From Actinomycetes bacterium (GTDB taxonomy: Bacteria; Actinomycetota; Coriobacteriia; Anaerosomatales; JAGXFU01), in assembly GCA_024637115.1 (NCBI GenBank), contig JAGXFU010000005.1:1-64000 (forward strand): DNA of 64,000 bases, written 5' to 3'. Below are positions 57,860 to 64,000 of this stretch, in pieces. The translations under genes and the position numbers were made by a program. The notes beneath the pieces were generated by a model. It did no database searches. It was not told the origin of the DNA and worked only from the letters and a program-made list of their open reading frames with translations. How positions within the stretch are numbered: the stretch's first letter is position 1; every line of letters starts with the position of its first letter.

Positions 57860-58174
57860 CTACCCCTTCAGCCTCTCCATGGTGGACAGTTCAATCGAGC
57901 GCGAACGTCGGTAGATCGCGAGCACCAGTGCCAGGCCAAGGCCGATCTCAGCTGCCGAGACAACCATCGTGAACATCGAGAAGAACTGGCCGGTCATGGT
58001 CTCGGGAGTGACCCAGCGAGAGAGCGCAACCATGTTCAGGTTGACCGCAACAGCCATGATCTCGAGCGACATGAGCACCATGACTGCGCTCTTCTTTGAA
58101 ACGGCACCGTACAGGCCCAGCGAAAAGAGAACCGCTGCAAGAGCCAGGAATGCTCCAGGTCCGACCTGCATCAT
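57860..58174 (-). CDS. nuoK: NADH-quinone oxidoreductase subunit K
   Basis: ~104 aa with 3 TM helices. Start taken at the ATG that forms an ATGA overlap with the nuoJ stop. The tracked ORF starts at 58198. Confidence 0.8.
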   Translation of the reverse strand: MMQVGPGAFLALAAVLFSLGLYGAVSKKSAVMVLMSLEIMAVAVNLNMVALSRWVTPETMTGQFFSMFTMVVSAAEIGLGLALVLAIYRRSRSIELSTMERLKG

Positions 58175-58680
58175 TTCTCGTCCTCCTTGGACCACCATAC
58201 TGCGCCCACAAGCGCAACTAGCAGGACAAGGGACGCAATCTCAAAGGGAAGCACCCAACCGCCGTCGAGCGCAAAGAGAATCTCACCAAGGGCGGCAATG
58301 TCAGGCACGGTCGACGGCATCTCGGCCACCGGAATGTCGAAGTTGGCGATACCCAGGTAGATCATCGATCCAAAGAGCAGCGCAAGGACCGCTCCGGAAA
58401 GCGACCAGTCGAGTGGACGGACCGCATCTTCACGCCTTCGCAGCGTGAGCATCACCACGAACAGCAGGAGTACCGAGACCGCACCCGCATACACCAGCAA
58501 CTGCACAAGGGCCAGAAACTCGGCCGAGAGCAACAGATACAGGCCAGCCACAGCGACCATGGCTTCGAGGAGCCAGAATCCGGCATGGACAACGTTGCGC
58601 GAGGCCAGCACGCCAACCGCGCCCCCGATCGAGGCGAATGCAAGAATCGCGAAGGCTACTCCATTGACGGTTTCACCCAC
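58171..58680 (-). CDS. nuoJ: NADH-quinone oxidoreductase subunit J
   Basis: Start taken at GTG 58680, which has GGAGG 9 nt upstream and overlaps the nuoI stop by 8 nt. The tracked ORF extends to 58752. About 169 aa, 5 TM helices. Confidence 0.75.
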   Translation of the reverse strand: MGETVNGVAFAILAFASIGGAVGVLASRNVVHAGFWLLEAMVAVAGLYLLLSAEFLALVQLLVYAGAVSVLLLFVVMLTLRRREDAVRPLDWSLSGAVLALLFGSMIYLGIANFDIPVAEMPSTVPDIAALGEILFALDGGWVLPFEIASLVLLVALVGAVWWSKEDEK

Positions 58681-59146
58681 TGTGCTCGCCTCCTTCCGGT
58701 GGTGCCGCGCCGGCGGGCTTGGGCTCCCGGTTCTTGCGAGCACTGGCCGCATCGGTGTCCGTGAGAAGGTCGTAGGTCAGCGCTGCGACATCCGTGCGAG
58801 CGAGCTCGTAGTCATGGGACATCCGGATAGCGCTGAATGGGCACGCCTCGACACACAAGCCGCACATCATGCAGGCACCGAGTTCGTAACGGAAATGCTC
58901 GATGTGCTTGGACTTGTCCTCGGCAGTCGTGATCTCGAGATCCAGGATGTGATCCGGACACTGACGCACACAGACCATGCACGCCGTGCACTTGGGATCG
59001 CCGTGCTCGTCGAACACCGGAACCACGGACCAGCGCGCGCGCTCGGGGAGATCGTACTTCTCATAGGGGTACATGAGGGTGATCGGACCACGGCGCATGT
59101 TGCGCATGGTGATCCGCAGGCCATTGATGAGTCCTTTACCCCACAT
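58673..59146 (-). CDS. nuoI: NADH-quinone oxidoreductase subunit I (2x[4Fe-4S])
   Basis: Two CxxCxxCxxxCP ferredoxin motifs (CTACMVCVRQCP; CMMCGLCVEACP). Confidence 0.9.
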   Translation of the reverse strand: MWGKGLINGLRITMRNMRRGPITLMYPYEKYDLPERARWSVVPVFDEHGDPKCTACMVCVRQCPDHILDLEITTAEDKSKHIEHFRYELGACMMCGLCVEACPFSAIRMSHDYELARTDVAALTYDLLTDTDAASARKNREPKPAGAAPPEGGEHSG

Positions 59147-59147
59147 A

Positions 59148-60140
59148 TCAGCTCGCCCCCGGTCCCAGTTGCCAGACCTTGATCACAAGACCCGTGATCA
59201 TGATCCATGCAAGCGACGCAGGAATGAGCCATTTCCACCCGAGCTGCATGAGCTGGTCTATGCGCACGCGCGGGAAGGTGCCTCGGATCCACATCATGAA
59301 GAAGATGCCGATGTAGACCTTGGTCATGAAGATGACCGGTGCAACAGGCTGCATGACCTCGGCGGGCACGAACGGAATCATCCATCCACCAAAGAACACG
59401 GTGACACCGATGGCGGACATGATGAACGAGTTGGAAAACTCCGAGAGAAAGAGCAACCCGAACTTCATCGCCGAGTATTCGCTCGCGAATCCTGCGACCA
59501 ACTCGGATTCGGCCTCTGACATGTCGAATGGTGTCTGGTTGAGCTCAACGAGTCCCGCAATCGCGAATATCACAAATGCGGGTAGCTGTGGGATCACGAA
59601 CCACAGCCCACTCTGGGCGGCCACGATGTCGCTCATGTTCAGTGAGCCGACGACCATGACTACCGGCAGCACGGAGAGCAGCAGCGGCACTTCATAGGCG
59701 ATCTGCTGTCCCGCCGCACGCATGCCACCCAGGAGCGACCACTTGTTCGCACTCGCCCACCCCGCCATGAGCAGGCCGATCGGAATGACCGAGAGCGCGG
59801 CAAACGAGTAGAGCAGCCCCGTATCGAGATCGGTGATTCTCCACGTTTCCGAGAACGGGATCGCCGCATAGGCCATCAACGCCGGCACAAAGACCAGTGC
59901 CGGAGCGATGAAGAACAGCACCTTGTCCACGTTCGTGGGCGTGACATCTTCTTTGGTCAGAAGCTTGAGGACATCCATCGTGGTCTGAAGAACGCCCTTG
60001 GGCCCCATGTGCATGGGTCCGAGACGAACGTGCAGATGACCAAGGACCTTGCGCAGCATATAGATCAGCACGACGCCATTGGCGAGCATCAGACCGATCG
60101 CTGCCAGGACGCGAAGCACGACTATGAGCAGGGGGCTCAT
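59148..60140 (-). CDS. nuoH: NADH-quinone oxidoreductase subunit H
   Basis: 330-aa ND1 homologue. Forms an ATGA overlap with the nuoD stop. Confidence 0.9.
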   Translation of the reverse strand: MSPLLIVVLRVLAAIGLMLANGVVLIYMLRKVLGHLHVRLGPMHMGPKGVLQTTMDVLKLLTKEDVTPTNVDKVLFFIAPALVFVPALMAYAAIPFSETWRITDLDTGLLYSFAALSVIPIGLLMAGWASANKWSLLGGMRAAGQQIAYEVPLLLSVLPVVMVVGSLNMSDIVAAQSGLWFVIPQLPAFVIFAIAGLVELNQTPFDMSEAESELVAGFASEYSAMKFGLLFLSEFSNSFIMSAIGVTVFFGGWMIPFVPAEVMQPVAPVIFMTKVYIGIFFMMWIRGTFPRVRIDQLMQLGWKWLIPASLAWIMITGLVIKVWQLGPGAS

Positions 60141-61345
60141 CGGTCAGCCTCCCCGAGCATGATGTCGAGACTGCCTATCATCATCACGACGTCGGCGAGC
60201 AGATGCCCGGGCAAGATCTCCTCGAGAACCTGGCATGCGAACAAGGAGGGACCGCGGTAGTGATAGCGATACGGCTCGGGGGAACCGTCGGACACGAGGT
60301 GCACGCCGGTCTCTCCTCGGCTCGATTCGACCGACGCATAGACTTCGCCCTCAGCAGGCCGTATGACTTTGGGCACCTTTGCGGTGAAGTCGCCTTCCGG
60401 CATACCTTCGATGCACTGGCGAACCATGCGGACTGACTGCCGCATCTCCTCCATACGCACCATATAGCGATCCCACGCGTCACCTGTGGAGCCCACAGGC
60501 ACGTCGAAGTCGAGATCGGGATATGCGTCATACGGACGGTCACGGCGCACATCGAATCCGACACCGGTTGCGCGCAGGTTCGCGCCTGAGAGCGCGAATG
60601 CGAGCGCCATCTCCCGCGAGATCGTACCGATGCCCTTGACGCGCATCTGGAATATCTCGTTTCCGCCAAGAAGGGCATGATGCTCCTCGAGATGGACGTC
60701 GAAGTCCGTGAGGAAGTCGAGGATCTTCTTCTCGATGCCAACGGGCAGATCGGCCACGACTCCGCCCGGGCGGATGTAGTTGAACATCATACGCTGGCCG
60801 CTGATCTCCTCAAGGATGTCGAGGAGCACCTCGCGATCTCGAACCGCATACAGGAACTGTCCCATCGCACCGGTGTCCAGACCGAACGTTCCGTACCACA
60901 CAAGGTGACTCGCGAGACGCGTGAGCTCTGCTACAAGCGTCCTGATATAGCGGGCCTTGTCGGGTACGGTGACTTCGAGCAGCTTCTCGGTGGCCAGCGC
61001 TGCGGCCTGCTCACCATGCATGCCGGAAACGTAGTCCCCACGATCCATGAGCGTGCCAAGCTGGTGATACTTGCGCGACTCGGCGAGCTTCTCAATGCCG
61101 CGATGCAGATAGCCGAGAGATGTCTCGGCGGCCAGGACTTCTTCGCCATCCACTTCGATGAGCAGACGCAGAACGCCGTGGGTAGACGGATGCTGGGGAC
61201 CCATATTGATGATCAGATGCTCTGTGGTGAGCCCGTCAACACCGCTCGGGACGCGACGAATCCCGGCCGGCGGATCACCGGCTGAGTGCGTGCCCTCGGC
61301 CGCAAGCGCACCTACCGAGATGACATCGTCGCGGGGATCGCTCAT
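60137..61345 (-). CDS. nuoD: NADH-quinone oxidoreductase subunit D (49 kDa)
   Basis: 402 aa with conserved NMGPQHPSTHGVLRL and a C-terminal quinone-pocket region. Confidence 0.9.
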   Translation of the reverse strand: MSDPRDDVISVGALAAEGTHSAGDPPAGIRRVPSGVDGLTTEHLIINMGPQHPSTHGVLRLLIEVDGEEVLAAETSLGYLHRGIEKLAESRKYHQLGTLMDRGDYVSGMHGEQAAALATEKLLEVTVPDKARYIRTLVAELTRLASHLVWYGTFGLDTGAMGQFLYAVRDREVLLDILEEISGQRMMFNYIRPGGVVADLPVGIEKKILDFLTDFDVHLEEHHALLGGNEIFQMRVKGIGTISREMALAFALSGANLRATGVGFDVRRDRPYDAYPDLDFDVPVGSTGDAWDRYMVRMEEMRQSVRMVRQCIEGMPEGDFTAKVPKVIRPAEGEVYASVESSRGETGVHLVSDGSPEPYRYHYRGPSLFACQVLEEILPGHLLADVVMMIGSLDIMLGEADR

Positions 61346-61803
61346 CGGTTGCGCACCTCCTCGACCGTACGGATCGGAACGGACTTCCTGAGAAGCGGCT
61401 CCACTCCGTCTGTGGTGAGCAGGCGCTTGGGATTCGGATGACCGACCAACGACAAGCCGAGGAGCTCTGCCGTCTCACGCTCGGGCATGAGAGCGGATGC
61501 GTAGATGTTCCACACTGAGCGCAGTTCGCCATCATATGCGACTGTCGCCTTGATAAAGAGTTCCTCGTCACGGGTGAGCGAGCGCAAATGATATGTGACT
61601 TCGATCTCCTCGCCGGTATCGGCGCCAAGGAAGTCCAGAAGCACGCGAAAGTCCAACTCACCGTCACGGAGTGCCTCAAGCGCCCGAAGGACAGACGCCG
61701 CCTCAAGCCGGCACACGACTCCGAGCGTCTCGGTTGCAACCACGGCATTGGATACACCTGCTGCGGTCAGGATATGACTAACTGCGGTCGCGTCGGGCAG
61801 CAA
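61342..61803 (-). CDS. nuoC: NADH-quinone oxidoreductase subunit C (30 kDa), short form
   Basis: The C-terminal ~150 aa of the tracked ORF are NuoC-like (ELFIKATV..., ERETAELLG...GHPN). Start proposed at TTG 61803 with GGAGGAG upstream; a GTG at 61743 is an alternative. The tracked N-terminal extension overlaps nuoB and is likely an artifact. Confidence 0.7.
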   Translation of the reverse strand: MLPDATAVSHILTAAGVSNAVVATETLGVVCRLEAASVLRALEALRDGELDFRVLLDFLGADTGEEIEVTYHLRSLTRDEELFIKATVAYDGELRSVWNIYASALMPERETAELLGLSLVGHPNPKRLLTTDGVEPLLRKSVPIRTVEEVRNR

Positions 61804-62302
61804 GGCGCTCCTCCGTCCGCTTGGTGATCTTGTCCTGGAGGCAGATGAAGCCGTATTGGACCGACTCGGGACGCGGTGGGCACCCCGGAATGTAGACATC
61901 GACCGGTACGACCTGGTCGACACCGAGGACCACATTGGGATACTCGCGAAATGGTCCGCCGGTTGAAGCACACGCACCCATGGCGACGACCCATTTGGGC
62001 TCGGGCATCTGGTCATAGAGCAGCTTGACCGTCTCGGCCATCTTCTTGTTGACGGTCCCTGCCACGATCATCACATCGGCCTGGCGAGGAGACGCGCGAA
62101 AGAACACGCCCATACGGTCAAAATCGAAGCGCGGCCCGCTCGCGTGCATGAGCCCCTCGATCGCGCAGCATGCAATGCCGAACGCCATGTACCACAGCGA
62201 TTTGCTGCGAGCGTAGTCAAAGAGTTGTTCGCTCCTGATGAATGCTACGGAATGCTCGCCTGTGAAACGATCTATCGCCACGTGAGCGCGCCTTCCTTCC
62301 AT
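61778..62302 (-). CDS. nuoB: NADH-quinone oxidoreductase subunit B (20 kDa, N2 cluster)
   Basis: CCxxE...GxCxxxGG...CPP motifs ([28 protein letters not shown]). Confidence 0.9.
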   Translation of the reverse strand: MEGRRAHVAIDRFTGEHSVAFIRSEQLFDYARSKSLWYMAFGIACCAIEGLMHASGPRFDFDRMGVFFRASPRQADVMIVAGTVNKKMAETVKLLYDQMPEPKWVVAMGACASTGGPFREYPNVVLGVDQVVPVDVYIPGCPPRPESVQYGFICLQDKITKRTEERLAARRDRS

Positions 62303-62628
62303 GCGTAGAGCAGCCCAAGAACGAGGATAGCCATGAAGAGCACCATCTCGACGAGTATGAAGAGGCCGAATCTATTGAAGGTCACAGCCCAGGGATACAG
62401 GAAGACCGTCTCGATATCGAAGACGACGAACAGGAGTGCGTAGACGTAGTAGCCCACGCGGAATTGAACCCAGGGCGGACCGATCGGACGGCTTCCGCAC
62501 TCGTATGTGACACCCTTCTCACGAGAAGGAGCCGTCGGGCTGAGCAGGTTCGATGCGGTGACCGTGGCTACGTAGAACACGAAGCCGATCACCACGAAGC
62601 CGCCCAATATCAGGTAGTCAAGGGACAT
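62272..62628 (-). CDS. nuoA: NADH-quinone oxidoreductase subunit A
   Basis: 118-aa ND3 homologue with 3 TM helices. First gene of the array. Confidence 0.85.
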   Translation of the reverse strand: MSLDYLILGGFVVIGFVFYVATVTASNLLSPTAPSREKGVTYECGSRPIGPPWVQFRVGYYVYALLFVVFDIETVFLYPWAVTFNRFGLFILVEMVLFMAILVLGLLYAWKEGALTWR

Positions 62629-62758
62629 GTGCGGGTTACCTCTGCTTGTTCCCTATTCCCCACGTGCGGACAAGCGCACCTCTGCGCCAGGATACGACAA
62701 CGCCCGCCCGGCAGGAATGGTGCAACCCGCCGTGTGGGCGCCAAAGGGTTGGCAAAAC

Positions 62759-62772
62759 GTAACACAAGTTAC
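62759..62772 (-). promoter_or_regulatory. Perfect palindrome GTAAC-ACAA-GTTAC in the nuoA upstream region, overlapping a putative -35/-10 pair (TTGAGC N17 TACGTT on the minus strand)
   Basis: Read directly from the sequence. Position is ~140 nt upstream of the nuoA start. The promoter assignment is by eye only. Confidence 0.25.
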
Positions 62773-62837
62773 AAGCCCGCTCAAGACATGCCTCCAGGAG
62801 TATCCGCAAACGGTCGAATGCATCCCGTGAACTGCAC

Positions 62838-62880
62838 ACGGACACAAAAATGAGAAACGGAGCGGCATCTCTGCCGCTCC
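62838..62880 (-). terminator. Intrinsic terminator downstream of tRNA-Thr
   Basis: 9-bp perfect stem GGAGCGGCA/TGCCGCTCC with a 4-nt loop, 11 nt after the tRNA 3' end. Followed on the minus strand by UUUCUCAUUUUUGUG. Confidence 0.7.
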
Positions 62881-62891
62881 GGTTTGTCACG

Positions 62892-62968
62892 TGGAGCCGA
62901 CGAGGGGATTCGAACCCCTGACCCCCGCATTACGAGTGCGGTGCTCTGGCCATCTGAGCTACGTCGGC
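62892..62968 (-). tRNA. tRNA-Thr (anticodon CGT), 77 nt with encoded CCA
   Basis: Manual fold of GCCGACGTAGCTCAGATGGCCAGAGCACCGCACTCGTAATGCGGGGGTCAGGGGTTCGAATCCCCTCGTCGGCTCCA gives a 7-bp acceptor stem, D and T arms (GTTCGAATC), and an anticodon loop CTCGTAA. Confidence 0.85.
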
Positions 62969-62969
62969 A

Positions 62970-64000
62970 TTATGACTGCTGCGTACCGCTATCCTTTGCG
63001 TCCCCGCCTGACGTCCTGCGCCTGCGACGTCTGCGTCCCGGCGAGGGCGAACTCGACGATTCCGACTTCTTGTCCGCAGCAGCTCCCTGCGAATCTTGAC
63101 CCGCCTTGTCCTTGGCGCCACCATCGCGCCTGGACTTGGAACCTCCGGATCGAGAACCGGACTTCGAGCCTCCCGATTTCGAGCCTCCGGACTTGGAACC
63201 ACCGGACTTCGAACCTCCGGACTTTGCCTGATCCGCTTCGGGCTTCTTGCTATCGCCGGTCTCGCGCGATCCGCCCTTTCGATCCTTCGATGCGCCGCCC
63301 GAGTCCTTGGACCCGCCTCGCGACCCATCGCCTCTGCGCCGCTTGCTCTGAGGCTGCTCCGCAACCGGAGCACTCTCGGCGAGCGAGTCGGCATCGATCG
63401 GCATGATCACACCGGCGTCTTCAAGCGCCTCACGCTTGACCGAGCACGGTCTACCACCTTCTTTGCCGCATGCCATTCCGCACAACGGAACGGTGAGCTG
63501 CTGCCCATCCTCAAGACGCATGGAGACGGTCTCTTTTGGCGTGTTGAGATCCATCACCTTCGCCAGGCCGAGCGGTGTTTCAATAATCGCCCTGCGCTTG
63601 GGTGCACGTGACTTGAAATCCTTGTAGGCATCGTACTCATAGCGCAGACAGCACATGAGTCTGCCGCAGAGTCCGCTGATTTTCAAGGGGTTAAGCGGAA
63701 GGTCTTGCTCTTTCGCCATACGGATCGAAACCGGCTGGAACTCACCGGGGAACCGCTCGCAGCACAATATCTGGCCACAGTGCCCGATTCCGCCAACCAT
63801 ACGAGCCTCGTCGCGAACGCCGACCTGACGCATGTCGATACGCGCTTTGAAGCGCGCAGCGAGGTCACGCACGAGTTCACGGAAATCGACTCGCTCCTCG
63901 GCGGAGAAGTAAAAGACGATCTTGGAACCATCAAAGAGAAACTCGACATCGATAGGCTTCATGTCGAGCTTGTGTTGCTTTACGAGCCTTCTGAACTCCG
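62970..64000 (-). CDS. ricT: PSP1 C-terminal domain protein (RicT/YaaT family), 3' part; gene continues beyond the window end. Has a long Gly/Ser/Lys/Arg-rich C-terminal tail
   Basis: Conserved PSP1 core (KIVFYFSAEERVDFRELVRDLA...RQVGVRDEARMVGGIGHCG..CCERF...ISGLCGRLMCCLRYE). The reading frame stays open to the window edge. The tail contains GGSKS x5 repeats. Confidence 0.8.
   Translation of the reverse strand, partial: EFRRLVKQHKLDMKPIDVEFLFDGSKIVFYFSAEERVDFRELVRDLAARFKARIDMRQVGVRDEARMVGGIGHCGQILCCERFPGEFQPVSIRMAKEQDLPLNPLKISGLCGRLMCCLRYEYDAYKDFKSRAPKRRAIIETPLGLAKVMDLNTPKETVSMRLEDGQQLTVPLCGMACGKEGGRPCSVKREALEDAGVIMPIDADSLAESAPVAEQPQSKRRRGDGSRGGSKDSGGASKDRKGGSRETGDSKKPEADQAKSGGSKSGGSKSGGSKSGGSKSGSRSGGSKSRRDGGAKDKAGQDSQGAAADKKSESSSSPSPGRRRRRRRTSGGDAKDSGTQQS
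63131..63230. repeat. About six imperfect tandem copies of a 15-nt unit (GGACTTSGARCCTCC) encoding the SKSGG repeats in the ricT tail
   Basis: Tandem periodicity is visible directly in the nucleotide sequence. Confidence 0.6.

Noticed and set aside
61804-62016. N-terminal 70 aa of the tracked 61342..62016 ORF as part of NuoC
   Set aside because: This segment lies entirely inside nuoB in another frame and has no NuoC similarity. The NuoC-like sequence begins only after the nuoB stop, so a downstream TTG/GTG start is far more likely.

Overview
This is a high-GC bacterial chromosomal segment with near-continuous coding and no recognisable mobile element or CRISPR array. Bases 1-27955 lie almost entirely on the minus strand and carry a housekeeping block in actinobacterial-type synteny: F-type ATP synthase atpH/F/E/B with an atpI-like gene, wecA, dCMP deaminase, upp, glyA, rpiB, sua5, prmC, prfA, a DUF1385 gene, thyX, rpmE, rho, tal, sppA, thrB, hom, lysA and argS. 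Accessory genes interrupt this block. They are a 2-phosphoglycerate kinase / cyclic-2,3-diphosphoglycerate synthetase pair, a thioredoxin-like lipoprotein with an in-frame TGA exactly at the first Cys of its CxxC motif (candidate selenoprotein), an MFS transporter and an NfeD-flotillin pair. Bases 28200-50706 form one uninterrupted plus-strand Wood-Ljungdahl supercluster of 17 genes. In order: fhs, a RACo-like corrinoid activase, cooC, folD, acsD, acsA/cooS, acsB, acsC, a GltD-ferredoxin-MvhD fusion, metV, metF, a second cooC, acsE, a NuoE-like gene, a NuoF/HydB-like gene, a CBS-pair gene, and a Cys-type molybdopterin formate dehydrogenase (fdhA). Downstream on the minus strand are a small Cys-rich gene, rlmH and htrA. 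An 11-gene nuoA-B-C-D-H-I-J-K-L-M-N operon lacking nuoEFG follows, then tRNA-Thr(CGT) with an intrinsic terminator and a partial ricT (PSP1 family) gene. The most interesting candidates are the UGA-containing thioredoxin-like gene, the methylene-THF reductase module with a fused NAD(P)H-oxidoreductase/MvhD partner, the HydBC-like NAD(P)-linked formate dehydrogenase sitting next to an EFG-less complex I, and the bacterial cDPG-synthesis gene pair. All functional calls rest on motif and family recognition from the translated ORFs. No database search was run. Coordinates of non-ORF features may be off by 1-2 nt.
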